A stretch of DNA of 64,000 nt. It comes from Macrostomum lignano (lineage: Eukaryota). The notes under the pieces are model-generated. The model was not told the DNA's origin and did not search any database. It was given only the letters and a program-made list of their open reading frames with translations. Positions 40,064 through 53,485 of the stretch are shown here, one piece after another. How positions within the stretch are numbered: position 1 is the stretch's first letter; each line of letters begins with the position of its first letter. Made by a program: the position numbers and the translations under genes. The stretch lies in assembly GCA_002269645.1 (NCBI GenBank), contig NIVC01003636.1, positions 1 through 64,000 on the forward strand. Reading direction: 5' to 3'.

Positions 40064-43000
40064 TATAATTTTTGAGTGTATGTAGTATATATCCTAGATT
40101 ATTATATAATTAAAATTATTTTGAAAAAGTTTTTATATAAGCTACTTTATTCATAGCAAAGACATGCATTTAGGTTGCAAAAAAGGAAGCATTTCCAAAA
40201 CTTTGTTTATCTGTAGTCTCACAAAAATTTGAAAGGCAAAAAGCCATACTCTGGATCATGTTGGATGCATGCCAGAATGAATACCAGGGAGTTTTTTTGT
40301 TTGCATGCATATTATACACCATGCTTGCCAACTACACACTGTGCATGCCATTGTCAATAATTAATAATAGGCATACAAGCAAAAGCAGAAAAATGTATAC
40401 AAACATTGTTTCAAAAAATGTACATGAAAAATACAAAGCTTTAAAAAAAATTATAACAATAGGCATAAACATTAAATTATATTACAAATAATTTTTGGCA
40501 CAACAATATGTTTCTTTTTTCTAGTAAAAATAAGCAAGATAAAGTTGATTTGCAGGTATTTTCAAAAATTCAAAAAGACTGCCCTACTACAATCATACCA
40601 TACTACATTTTATACTATCAAGCTATTCTATGGCATAGCATACCACTATGCCACAAACCCAAATGCACACTGATATACATGTGCAACAGTCAGCTGAGTC
40701 AGTTGATTGATTTGGCGGCCAATCAAGGAAGTTGCAAAAATTCCTACCTGAAAAATACCAAGGTAGTAGTACTAAGTATCTGATGAGGCATTTTGACTTA
40801 ATAAGAAATTCATAGTTACTCCTGCCATTTACCCAAAGTTGCATTGATTTTGCTTTAGGGTTTTTTTACATGTAAGTCACATTTTTGGCCAAAAACTACG
40901 TCACATTTTTGTTAAAACTAAGTTGCATGGCTGACCGAATGTTGGAGGTTGTGCATGTATGCACACTGATATATGTCAATTTTTAACTAAACTAAATATA
41001 TGCCATTTTTTGCCAAACTAGATGCATGCCACATTTTTCTGGCATGATGTACATATGCTTTCCAAAGTAGACTATGGGCAAAAAGGTTCTTTAATTTTGT
41101 AATACCCCAACCCATGACCTTCCTCTTAGTCTATTGGAATACACTTGATGGATTTGATCCAACTTTCTTATATGCAATGTATAGAGTAAACAAATTCTCA
41201 TTTGCACAGTATATATTTGAGACTATGGGAAAAAAAGAAAACTATTTATAAATATTGGCATTCAATATTTATACAGAAATGTGTAAATAGTACTGCTGTT
41301 ATTTATATAGTAACTAAAATAGACTAGTATATAAACTAGTTTTATATATTGTATAGTACTTATGGCTATGGTCCAATTATATTTGATCCATAGTCAGAAT
41401 CATGGCATGCCTGTGCCAGAACAAATCTTATCAAAAAAGTTTGTTTGTACCATGTATTACAACTTTTTGAAAAAAACATTAGTTATTTAACTTACTATTT
41501 GAAAAATATTAGTAAAACTTATAGTATTTAAATCTACTTTATAAAAAATCCAATATTATCAAAAATTAATTCTTTTAAAGCAATTAGGGCCTAATATAGG
41601 ATAGGCCCTTACTACTGACAAACAAAAATTGCTAATAAAAAGAAGTTCTATGCTTATTTTTTATCAAAGAAATAGTGTCTTATCAAGTTTTTATTTTGTA
41701 CCAAATTGTGCCAATTTTTTATCTTGCACTATAGGTTATTACACTAGATTTTTTTCCTTTGCATAGTGTTGCATTAGAATGCATTGGCATAGTGCACATA
41801 TAAACATTTATATACTAGAATTTTCTATGAAAAGGGCTATTTTCTTGACTATCTAGGCCTATGGTATTTGATTACAAATATATATCTTTTTGAAGGTAGG
41901 GCCTAAATAGAGTTGAATTCATATTTAATTCTTTTGAAGCACCCTTTGTATTTTGTATTATTAATAAGATGAATACTATATAGTATAGTATAAGCTAATA
42001 AAACGTGAAAGCTATAAACACATAATCATGCCTAAACTTTATCTAATGACTTTAGTTAGTTAAAACTCATTATGAAACTAAAATATACAGAGTTAGAGAT
42101 GAATATTATCAAGTAGCTAGTCCTTGATAGAATAATTATTTGTAAGGTTTTTTCTCAGTTACCAACTTACTGTGTAAATAATACTAGCAATATCTATATC
42201 CTACTGTACTATGCAAATAACAATTGCCATAAATATTAGATATCATATACTTAGGCCTAATTCATAATTCATAAAGGCCCAATCTATCAAAAATGAAGAT
42301 CTTAAAATTAAAAATCAAAAATGATTGTCAATAGGCCTATCATTGTCACCAAACTCTCTTTAGTAACTGGTTCTTTTTAGGTTAGGCCTTTACAAATTTG
42401 ACTATATTATAACGAATATAAGGCCTAATATAATATAAATAACAAAACTTTAAACTTAAAAAAATTAAATTCAACTAAAAACAGTTTACTTTTAAATTAG
42501 AGTTAGAGCCTAGGCCTAATAAACATTTTCTGAGGAAATAAAAGTTATTTTTATTTTTTATTATGGCTAGGCCTAGGCCTATCTATAAAACATTATATCA
42601 GGCCCTAGCCTAGGCCTACACATTTTTTGTTAAGAAAAATGACATTTTATTCCTAGATTCTTATAGATCAATTTATAAAGTTTTACTTCTATCTCTTCTG
42701 GCCTGCCTTACTTAAACTTATCTTCTGGTAAGGATTATAGCATAGGCCTAAGGCCACAGCTACAGCTACAGGCTACTGTCACCATCGCTAGAGCGCCAGC
42801 GCTAGGGCGGCTAGGGCCTAGCTACTGGGGCTAGAAATAGAATTTTAACATGACGCTGACTTAGGGCTAGGCCTAGCTAGTACAGAACAGAAACAGATAT
42901 ACAGAATTTCTTAAAAAAATCAATTACATGCCAATCTAAAGTAGTATGACAGTAGCACACTAGGTCGCAGTTGAATACACTGCAGCATGTCAATGGACGC

Positions 43001-43879
43001 AATCACTAGGATCTTCTGGAATTGTTTATTCCTTAATTAATTAATTTCCAGGAGACGCTCTGGTTTATTTGTTTTAAATCCAAATTTACATATAACAAAG
43101 CCTACCTTTTATAAACTGTATTGTAAATAACGAAATCATCTCGTTATATGGCTCTTAAGAAAAACTCGAAAAAATTTCAAGCCAATAACTATAAAAGTAC
43201 AAGTAGTATGTCAACAATTCCGACACTTCACCCCACCTCCTTATGATTATTTGTTATGGAAGTCACGGCATTGAGGGTCGTTCGACTCGCTTTCAAGGCA
43301 AGATCTTGATTTTTTGTTGCTAAAAAACTTTTTTAATAAATTTTCTTCTACAAAAATTAATAGCACAATTGTTAAATTAAAATTAAACCTCTTTTTTTAA
43401 ACCACAGAGACAGCAAAAGTATGAGGAGGAAATCCACCAGTTACATGTAATTGCATGTTCAATTCTTCGTAACAGTAAAAAAGAAGTAAAATTATTCGAA
43501 AACATGCAACAAAGAATCTCTCCTATATTTTTATCTTAAATTTACTTGCATAATGACGACGATTAGTTAAAAAAAGTTTTAAGAGCAACAATTTTTGTTT
43601 ATTTTATTTATACTAAATAACATGTAGTGCATGACATTTTACGTGTTTGGAGTTGGTCCGCTCCGAAATCGGCTGCTACGGCAGGGGCTACAAGTGGGTG
43701 AAAGCGGAGGGCGGTGACGTACCTAAGAATTTTAGAAGGCGCTGGTGGCTGGTCGAGAGAAGAGCAATTAACGAACTGAACTAAATTTTTGCGATTGATA
43801 ACTGCATGCATGAATTGTATTCATTTATGATTCTATTGAAGGGGCCGCAACAATGGCAATATTTGCACCTGACTAGGTG

Positions 43880-44150
43880 CAGGGCGCCCCTGTCTCTTAG
43901 TGGGAGCCCCTGGCCTACTGTAGCTTTCTTTTGGTGTGGGCATCGCTGTCTCTTGCTGGGCGCCCTATAAAGCTACACTACCTCGATCTCTTGGAATTGG
44001 CACCCCCTGTCTCTTGGCGCCCCATGCAAGTATCTCTTAGTATATAGACGCCCCTGTCTCTTGGTTGGCGCCCCTATCTCTTGGTGGGCGCCCCTGTCTC
44101 TTGGTTGGCGCCCCTGTCTCTGGGTGGGGTGCCTGTCTCTCTTAGACCCG
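43880..44150. repeat. GCGCCCCTGTCTCTT interspersed tandem motif (possible MITE subterminal remnant)
   Basis: About 8 imperfect copies. Confidence 0.6.
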
Positions 44151-45724
44151 TGCATGGTTGCCGCGTCCAAGGTTGCAAACGTTGGACTTTGTTTGCATCC
44201 AGTAATTATGACAGATTTGCACCTTTATACAAAATATTAGCGTACGACCTTTTGGCAACCTTACCAAGCTGTCTTGTGTAAACTCCGGCTCCACGCTCTC
44301 CCAGTCATCAGATTTGTAGGGAGCCGTCAAGTTGAACAGCCGACAAAACAGATCCCGCAGTCAGCTGAAGCCTCAGATTCGCTACTGTTAGTAGTTTTAG
44401 AAGCCTTAATTAAGCAAACTTATGCAAGACGCGTAAACAGGGTATGAAATGTCATCTAAATTAAACGGATGGAAGCATGTCACCTTAATAATCTGCCATA
44501 TGTAGCTACATGTAGTCAGCAGATCCTCTCAAGGTCTCAAGGTGGTTAAGCAGAACGCTGCTATAGTCTCTGAACAGCGAGTTAGGAGGATTGAGGTTCT
44601 GTTTGAAATGAAGAAGCTTTGGAGCTTTAGCTACTTTGTGATGAGAGAGCAGCTCCATCCAGCCAGAGCAGAGACAAAACTTAAGTCAGTCGAGTGTGGA
44701 ACAATCTTCACGCGAAACCGACATGCTAGAGTTGACACACCTGGTGTTTTTTGGATTCTTGAGCCAGAAGCAAGAAGTCGTGAGCTTGTTTCATTCTTAC
44801 CATAGAAACTGGCGTCAATTCAACTCGCGCTGAGTAACATGCTCTAGACAAAGAACCACTGAAGAAACGATACTTAGGTCCTTGGCACAGACATGTAAAT
44901 AATGCACACGACCGAGGAAGTGCTGTAAACATGTTTTATTGCACTTGCAAACAGGACAGGAGCTGGTCATGTGAGGGAAAAATACAAATGAATGTCGAGA
45001 GCAAGGAGCAGATGGAGCAACAAAAGGGGAGACGGAGACAGAAGGCACAGGCAACCAAAGGATGGGGAGCTCCCAGGTCAGAACTGGTTAGGGGAAGGCT
45101 GCTCATGACTAGGACCCAGTCTCGCCGAGCTAATAGCTCTAAAAGCAACTAAGTTGCTGTGGACTCAAACAAAAGCAGACCCAAAAAATCTCCCGTCTTA
45201 GGGGCTTATAGAAAATTCTGACATTTTGAGGCCGGGCCTCTGCAATATATTACTTCAATTCATTTTTTCTGCGCTTCATTGTGATTCTTTCCTCAAAAGT
45301 TAGGCTCTAGCAACAGGGACCCGACCAGGCAAGAGACGGAAATTTCCCGACTCGGGAAACTTTTTTTGTTGTCGTGAATAGATTTCCAATTTTTACTGGA
45401 AACTGGAGAGCCAGTTCTGGGTAGGAGTAGCCGTGGAGTCTTTGTGGCTCGGCGGTGGGTTTACAACACAGCATTAATTACTCAAAACTGATTGATTTGA
45501 TGCGGTTCAACAAGAAAGTTATTACCAGCTCGTTTATTTTTTCTGAGTCGCTAGCAATTTCTACTTAATTAGGAGTTTCTACAAGTCCAAAATTTCAAAT
45601 TTATCCTCAAAGAGTTGTTTAAGAGTGAAAATCTAATTTATGTCAGTTTTATAGTTGGATAAATAAGACTTTGCAGCTTCGGGATAAAGTAGATCCGTTA
45701 TTCATTTGACACGAGCTTGACGTC

Positions 45725-46522
45725 TCAGTAACCGTAGATCTCAACTTCGCAGATAACGAGATGATTGCTCAGCTGGTTGACAACTCGGACAGCGCTGCCG
45801 AAAGCATTGCAGGTGAAGTTGGCGATGGAGAACGACTCTGTCAGGTCCACTCGGTTGCACTCAATGCCATCAACCAGCAGGTTGAACTTGTTGAGCCAAT
45901 CGGAAAGCGTGAGCCGGTTGTAGATGGTGAGGTAGGCCACGAAAGCTGGAGCGGCCAGCCGCGCCTCCCACCATTCGCCGATGCCTTTTACAGTGGCGCT
46001 GTAGACGGTCTGGTCCCTGTTGCCGTCCATAGAGATTGTGCAGTAGTAGCTAGCGTAGGTATTGCTGTGCTGGCAGCTGGAAATGTTCAACTTTTTTATG
46101 TTGGCGGGTGAAGCACCTGCGGGAACGAGTAGCCAGAGTTGTGAATGAGCTTCAAGGTTTACCAGAATAAAATGAAACAGAACGCCGCATGTGACGTTTC
46201 GTTCCTTACTGGCAGCAGCTGCCGGCTCTTCTATCAGCTTGAACACCTCGCAGGGTGGCGAGCTCAGCCAGGTGCCAGAGAAGGCGCTCAAGTCGAACAG
46301 CTGGCACAGACTCTGCAGCCAGGAGAATCCGATGCAGCCGGCTGTTTGAACACACTTCACCGAGCAGTCCAAGGTGCTTCTGCCAGCCACACACTTCATG
46401 CTGGCAGGGGCTGATGAGCTCTCGGATCCCACGATTTCGAAGGTGAAGCCAGCCGCTGGTGGACTGGCAGTCAGCAGCAGCAGCAGCAGGGGTAGAAAGT
46501 GCTCAACAGTTTGGCAATACAT
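45725..46522 (-). CDS. Secreted PAN/Apple + F-type lectin (FTP, F5/8C fold) protein; probable 93-nt in-frame intron at 46209-46117
   Basis: Signal peptide FLPLLLLLLTA; PAN cysteines CSVKCVQTAGCIGFSW...CQL; FTP motifs MDGN, WWEARL, LTIYNR, ICEVEIYG; GTAAGG...CCCGCAG intron. Confidence 0.78.
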   Translation of the reverse strand: MYCQTVEHFLPLLLLLLTASPPAAGFTFEIVGSESSSAPASMKCVAGRSTLDCSVKCVQTAGCIGFSWLQSLCQLFDLSAFSGTWLSSPPCEVFKLIEEPAAAASKERNVTCGVLFHFILVNLEAHSQLWLLVPAGASPANIKKLNISSCQHSNTYASYYCTISMDGNRDQTVYSATVKGIGEWWEARLAAPAFVAYLTIYNRLTLSDWLNKFNLLVDGIECNRVDLTESFSIANFTCNAFGSAVRVVNQLSNHLVICEVEIYGY

Positions 46523-47522
46523 GCTAGAGGCTGGATTTGTGCAACTGCTCTTGTCTCGGATAGCTGTGGAAATCCAGCCGACAAGCAATCTTCATTATTC
46601 ATTGACTTATGAAAACTCTTTCTTGATAAAGCGATTGGCTGCGGGGTTAACCAACCAAAACTGCGTTGCCAGAAAGGATCAGGAAAAAGCTTCTGTAAGA
46701 GCCAAAAAGACGACGGGTCGACACTTGATTGGACGACTGCGTGAAACTGCAATGGCCCAATAAAGGTATTGGTTGATGCATTGGCTTGACTCTGATAAAT
46801 CAATCATTTTCCTGGGCAATCTTTGGGTCAAGTTATTGCTTTAGAAGTAGCTTTTTCTTACCTTCAGAGAAACAATGAAATGATAACGGCTCCAGTAGTT
46901 CCTCTCGCCGGTTGTGTGACAATGTCGCTTAAAGTGCTCCAGGGTGCACACAGCTCCTGCCTTTATTAAAAATCACGGGCATGATACGAGCACGAAGTGG
47001 CTTTGAACTCTCCTTGAATAACGGTGCCTAACAGCCAAGTGATGCCATGTGCCCAGACTACCTAGAAAATCCCCCAGGGTGATATTTTGCTTTTTAGGGA
47101 CCTGCCGCTCGGTTTGGGGTTTGGGCTTCTAGCTAAAGCAACCTACTACCGGCTGTGATGAAACAGTCTTCGGCCATATCATCTGCTACCACCGGGGACG
47201 CCCCGGCGAGACCCGCGGAGCAAACTCTGAGCGATTGGGATTTACCGGTGATGTCAAAACTCTGTCAAAAATATTTTAATCCTACTGTTCCTGTCTGTTT
47301 TATTGTTCATGAATATGTAATTGATTTTCGAATTCTTCTTCGTCAAGAGGCAACTCATTCGTGAGGAAGAGTGAATGTGGTATAGTTGGTTTGCAGATAT
47401 GTACATCTCTATGGTGATATTGAACTGTCGCAGGTAAAGTATAAATATACCAGTCGGAAGGCCAAAGGCGTTTTAAGTTCGTGTGCACCCCAAAATCAGT
47501 CTGACTTTCTCAACACAGCAGA

Positions 47523-47753
47523 ACCCTCCTCAGACTCAACCGCAGAGACCTCAGAGCAGTTAGCATGGCCCTCTCCGGGCATAGCTGCTTCTCTTGCCAC
47601 CGCTTCTTTCAGGGCCAAGTACCTGAGGAGCGGTGCCCCTTCTGTCGCTCAGGCAGTCGCTCAGGCAGTGAAAATTTTCACCAGGGCCGGCTCACTCACC
47701 TCGGGCCAAACCTGGTTCTCTCCGACGTTTGCAGGCCCGAAAGCAAACCGTAG
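47523..47753 (+). mobile_element. Degenerate non-LTR retrotransposon ORF2 C-terminal zinc-knuckle fragment (I/R1/Loa-like)
   Basis: TLLRLNRRDLRAVSMALSGH...ERCPFC...ENFH resembles the L..L.R..LR...LTGH...C.FC...E...H region. Confidence 0.6.
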
Positions 47754-48392
47754 CTCGCAGCTCAAAAACATGGGACGACGAGCTGATTTTTTAACGGATC
47801 TAAAATTAATTAAGCTTCGCGTGAATTATTTGCTGAATCCCACCGTTGCTATACCAATTGTAATGGATGTAAACTTTTCTTAACTTGGTTAGCTTTAATC
47901 CTACACTCGATGCTGATGAGGACGCACTTTTTCCCAAATCCCGCGCTAGCACATGGGCTCTAAATTTATTTGCCTACTAACAGTGGGCAATGGGCATTTT
48001 TATCCTTTTTCTGCGAATTTTCATAGAATCTATACTAGATATAATGTTTGGTCATACTAGTAGTCATAATAACATAGGCGCAGCTTTTTGGGTCATAAAT
48101 CATCGCTTTCGAAGCTGATCTGACAGCCACCTGCGCCTCACTCAGTGTTGAGGCGGGCGCCAGATGGTCTGAGAGGATGCGGGCGGTAGCTTTTTTCTCA
48201 TCATTTTGACAGGCCATCAAGATTTATGAGGTCAGAGCCTATTGTTCGTGTTCACTCAAGCGTGTGACAGCTTTGACAGCTATGCGTTTTACCCCTAAAA
48301 GTACTTTGGGATTAGCGATTAGCGATTTCTCTTCATTATCTTCACTTTCTATTTAATAAGAGCTTTCTAATGTGTATTTTTTCATTAATTTC

Positions 48393-49689
48393 TGTCAATC
48401 CTACGCGAAAGGTCATAAATCATTTTGTTGCGATTTTGATTGATTTATGGCCGCACCTGTCATCTTTTTACGACCCTGTGGGAACTGATAGGATCTCCCG
48501 GTCACGTGATTCTGGGTAGCAACAAGCTTAGCCAATCAGAAAATTCGGCGCTCATTTTAACAAAACGGCTCAGCCAATCAGAATCGACGTGTTCCATTAT
48601 AACAAACTGCGGTCCAGTTGGCGGCTATTTAAACCGGAGTTTTTGGCCCACTCGGACCCATTCCTCCCCCGGTTCCTGTTCCGACTCTGGCCTGGTTCCT
48701 ACTCCACCGGCCCGGAACTGACCGTCGTTTCTTGATCCCCGGATTGCGACCTTCCCCCATCATCATCAAGGACGAGTCCCCCGGTCATCAGCAGCGAACA
48801 TCAAGTTAAGAGCATCACCTGCTAGCTAACAGCGAATATTGTGACAGCATCATCCCGAGTCTACAGCTGCAGAGCATCGAGCCGATTCGGTCACTGTGGA
48901 TTACCTGGTCTCCGGCTGTTGAGTTTCTGATTGGTTGGGTGAGAGGCTACCTAGACTTGCTTGATTGGGTGATCCCTTTTCTGTCCCCTGTTGCAGTAGC
49001 TGAATTAGGCGCACACTTTTGCTCATTTTGTTCAGTAGTGCTGTCGCTGAGGCAGGAATCATTCAATAATACTGCTAGTAGTCTAAGACTCCAATTCAAT
49101 CTGAAGTGTGAAGTGATCTAAGGAGAAGGTTAAATCTAACAGTTATTTTTATCGGTTTTATTTCTTTGTTCGCCGATGGCTCAGATGAGTAGCTAAGCTA
49201 GTAGGCGCCGGTCACAGTGGACCAATGGCAAGGCAGTTCTCAGTCGACCAATCTATCAAATCAGTGAGCAAAACTGCCAGAAGTGCAGAATCGGCGCCAG
49301 AGATGTACTTTGTGCACTCTAGGGTAGCCAAGCGGCTCGGGTAAATGAATCATGCGGTCTCTGAAGTTCGAGTTAGTCTATCATCAGCGCTATGAGAGGC
49401 TAGTTGGCGCGTTGAAGGCCAAAAGTACATATCTTCGTATTTAGCAATGTAATAGTACATGCAGCTACCCCATAGACTCGCCACCGCAAGAATCCCCTGC
49501 ACAAGTCCCCTCTGTACCTGCATGGCCAATGCGATCTAGTCCCAGCAGTGTCCCTTATCATCGGCTATGACTTCGAGATTGACAGCAAAAAGACACTAGT
49601 TGGCAGGTAAGTGCAAAGCCCCTTCTAGTCGGAAGCCCGATTTCGAGAGTCCCGGTGTGGTGAGCCAGGGCGCACAGGCTGGTGGCAGC
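48393..49689 (+). mobile_element. Possible LTR with PBS (truncated LTR retrotransposon 5' end)
   Basis: TGT at 48393; CCAAT boxes at 48530 and 48572; TATTTAAA at 48626; ACA at 49676 followed by TGGTGGCAGC (tRNA-Leu-type PBS). No second LTR or pol seen. Confidence 0.35.
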
Positions 49690-50086
49690 AAGTTAGTTGA
49701 TCTGCGGATTAACTAATTTCTACCTTCTAAATTCTCCCTGCTTGTCTCTCGCTGTCCCTCTCTTAGCTATAGGACCTAGACTGCTCGCCACACGATCAAG
49801 CTACCATGGGGCTGACCATCTGACAGGAGTGGGGGGCCAGGTCTCTAATTGATTTATTTCTGAGCCTGAGGCCCGAAGGCTTCCCTAACAAGGAGCCCGA
49901 AGGTCGAAACCCATCAATGCTACCAAATGAAATAGGCCGTGTAAAATTAAATAACTTGACACTGTTAATGGTTAAATTATTTGTTAAGTCCGGCTCCAGT
50001 CTTATTACTAGTGAGTAATAAATCCTGGTCCCGCGATCTGGTACTATGCGGAATTGGGCTTATCATCCCGCCCGTCCCAGAATTCC

Positions 50087-50410
50087 CCTGGGCTATCTGT
50101 CTCTCTAGGATTCCAGATCTCCGCTGGGCTATCTGTCTCTCTAAGATTCCAGATCTCCGCTGGGCTATCTGTCTCTCTAGGATTCCAGATCTCCGCTGGG
50201 CTATCTGTCTCTCTAGGATTCCAGATCTCCGCTGGGCTATCTGTCTCTCTAGGATTCCAGATCTCCGCTGGGCTATCTGTCTCTCTAGGATTCCAGATCT
50301 CCACTGGGCTATCTGTCTCTCTAGGATTCCAGATCTCCGCTGGGCTATCTGTCTCTCTAGGATTCTAGATCTCCGCTGGGCTATCTGTCTCTCCAGGATT
50401 CCAGATTCCA
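50087..50410. repeat. 36-bp minisatellite
   Basis: Unit GCTGGGCTATCTGTCTCTCTAGGATTCCAGATCTCC, about 9 copies. Confidence 0.93.
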
Positions 50411-50849
50411 GGCCTGGCTTACACAAGCCACTATTAACTAAGACCAGGCTGATACGGCAAAAGAGCTAATATCAAGCGGTGGGCAAGGCAGGGGGGGGAA
50501 CTTCAAATTGGTGCGCGCGGTATTTATACCGAAAGTTCAGTGCATTAAAACAAATAATTGGCATAACGTCGCGCAATTCCCGTACAATAATAATCTGCGC
50601 TTGTGCATGAACTTCAGTGAATAAATTTGCACGCATTAGTAATCCTAGCTCTCATTAGTACTTTTAACATTATTACGTATACTCGTAGTCCAAGGAGCCC
50701 TATCACAATTTATTTCCCCCCGCCGGTGAGGATCGGACCATCGCTGCAGAGCGACATCACTTAGACGGAAGGCATTGGTCGCCAGGGGCTAGCGAAATGG
50801 GCAGTCACGGCCTACTCGCTGTATTTGACGGACGATGTCCCCTGCAGCT

Positions 50850-51030
50850 AAGTCAAGTAATTTTCAAAGTCGTACGCGATGTCTTCGCACCGATCTTTTC
50901 TACACCAGAAGCTAGACCCTTGCCACCGTGATGACACCAGTCGTACTGTCCGACCTGTTCAACCCGACCTCGGGGATGCGACGCGACACGCACCTTTTCG
51001 TGTTGGTGCTCGATAGGGTGCTGCGGAGAG
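50850..51030 (+). mobile_element. Degenerate RTE-clade reverse transcriptase fragment
   Basis: LSDLFNPTSGMRRDTHLFVLVLDRVLR resembles the RTE motif TSGVLQGDTLAPFLFVLVLDWVLR. Confidence 0.6.
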
Positions 51031-51224
51031 GGGGGGGGGGCTGTGGGGCATGGCTGGGGATCAGCTTCTACTCTTTTAGGGAAGTCGAGATGTCAGTCTT
51101 GATATTCTTCTAATTCTGCATTGGCGCTTTGCTTGATAAGTGAATTAAAAAAAAGGACTTTTAAGAGAATGAAGGATTTACTTTTTTAGGGATAGCGATG
51201 TATGCCTGTAGCGATGGACGTTTG

Positions 51225-52210
51225 CCTGCGAGACGTTTGCCAGCCGATGTTTGCCAGCCGAAGTTTGCCAGCCGATGTTTGCCAGCCGATATTTGCCAGC
51301 CGACGTTTGTCTGCGAGACGTTTGCCAGCCGATGTTTGCCGGCCGATGTTTGCCAGCCGACGTTTGCAGCTTGCGGGACGTTTTGCCAGCCGACGTTTGC
51401 CAGCCGAAGTTTTCCAGCCGAGGTTTGCCAGCCGACGTTTGCCAGCCGACGTTGCCAGCCGACGTTTGCCAGCCGACGTTTGCCTGCGAGACGTTTGCCA
51501 GCCGATGTTTGCCAGCAGATGTTTGCCAGCAGATGTTTGCCAGCCGACGTTTGCAGCTTGCGGGACGTTTTGCCAGCCGACGTTTGCCAGCCGAAGTTTT
51601 CCAGCCGAGGTTTGCCAGCCGACGTTTGCCAGCCGACGTTGCCAGCCGACGTTTGCCAGCCGACGTTTGCCTGCGGGACGTTTGCTTGGCTTTTGAGTTA
51701 AGTATAGGCGAGACTAATTAAGCCAATACCATTATGGATGTCTCAGTCTTTTCCCATTTAGCTTGTAAATACTTAGCTTGTTTGGCCACACTGATGGAAA
51801 TGGCCATTCCATATGGCATACATAAACACCAACTGTGACGATGGAAACTCCTATTTTGTATTTTTACCTTTATATTTAGGCAGACAAGAGCAATAACTTC
51901 AATAAGGCTAAACATTAGTTTTTTAGTAACCTAGTATATTTACATGTAACAGTAGTAGTAGGGAGCGAGCTGGAATTAGATTAGTGCTATATCCACAGTT
52001 TTCAAACGCAAGTACATGTAAGCCTAGAGGGCAACTTCTTTAACCAAAATAGCCGCCTGCTGCAAATGTCCGGCTGGCCAACGTCCCGCAGGCAAACGTC
52101 GGCTGGCAAACGTCCAGCAGGCAAACGTCGGCTGGCAAACGTCCAGCAGGCAAACGTCGGCTGGCAAACGTTGGCAGGCAAACGGGCCGGCAGGCAAACT
52201 TCGCAGACCC
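51225..52210. mobile_element. Inverted pair of 14-bp subterminal arrays (foldback/MITE-like)
   Basis: (CGACGTTTGCCAGC)n at 51225-51685 and the reverse complement at 52060-52205, about 370 bp apart. Confidence 0.55.
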
Positions 52211-52998
52211 GTCAGCTTCAAACGTAGGCGAGTCAGCACAGCTAGCTGGCAATGGTTTAGGCCAGACTTTAGGATAATGGGTTTTGTGGTGTAAATCGAG
52301 TTTTGAAGATGATGCATGTGCATACAGATTATAGTAGTTTCTATAGCAGGTGCAAGCTGCTGAAACGCCTAAGGGCCCAAAGTTGCTGGCCCGCATAGCA
52401 AAATTACGTATCCAAATAGAAAGTGGAACGTCTCCGATGCGTAACTTTTTTGGTTGCAGGAACGTCCTTGATACGTATCCAATTTTTATGATCCTCTTAA
52501 GAAGCTCGTTTCTACAAAAATGGTGAACAGATAATGCTTGTAATTTTATTTATTATTTATTCCACTTTCCAATATATTCCAATATTCCATATATTTTAAT
52601 ATATTTATTTGGTATTGGATACGTAATTTTGCTATGCGGGTGGCTATACGAGTAAAATAGTAAAAAGCTTTTTAGAACAATGTTAAAAATATGATGCACA
52701 AGTTCCTCTAAAATATTTTCTGAATTTTCCGGTAATTTCAAAACTCGTTTCTTGATTGCAGAAACATTAAGTATTTGCCTTTAAATAATTAGCTATTTTT
52801 GGGAATAGCATTAAACCAATAAATGCGCGGGTATGACAATTACTGTCTGTAGCACAGCTGTTTCTTAAAATATGCCGTTTGTTTTACCAAGAGAGCTTCT
52901 GTGAAATTATCGCGCAAGTTTGACATAGATTCACCAAGATAAAAATTTTTTGTGGGCTGACATTAATTGCATGAAACGGTGGTAGAGGGTTCCCATTT

Positions 52999-53185
52999 CA
53001 GTAGCACAACCAGAAATTTTTTGAGGGGGAGGGCGGATTCTGGAGAGTAAAGTCCCGGGAGGGGGGATTCGGAGGATTGGCTCTGTTTTTGGCAAAAATT
53101 TGCTTGGTCCCCCTTTTGATTTTTTGAGTCTCCGCCTAAAGCGACCTAAGGGGGGGCGACCGCCCCCCCCTTGGTTGCGCCACTG
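52999..53185. mobile_element. Short hAT-like MITE
   Basis: TIRs CAGTAGCACAACCA / TGGTTGCGCCACTG with G-run interior; no clean TSD. Confidence 0.55.
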
Positions 53186-53485
53186 GGTGTTCCTGATTGA
53201 AAATCATATATGAAAAGAGCTTGTATATTGCATTTTAGCCCAGATAGGCCCTTAAAACAATTGGCTTTCAAAAAATAAAAATAGGTCCAGGATTTTTTGT
53301 TAAAAAAAGAATTACTAATTCTAGATTTATACTAGCTAGGCCTATTGCTGGCCATATATGATATATCAAATTTAAATTTAAATTAACTTTATATAAAAAT
53401 ATGGATGTCCACATATTTATTCTAGGCCATTTTCTATTTCTATTTACAATACTAACTGACTTGCCAGAACCAAAACTAGATAGGC

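Noticed and set aside
43108-43260. Possible non-coding first exon of the coactivator (AAAAG|GTAGGC donor)
   Set aside because: Only a donor-like motif; no independent support without transcript data.
49860-49910. Hammerhead-like hairpins ending in CGAAAC
   Set aside because: The CTGANGA core is absent. CTGATGAG at about 47913 conversely lacks a downstream stem and GAAA.
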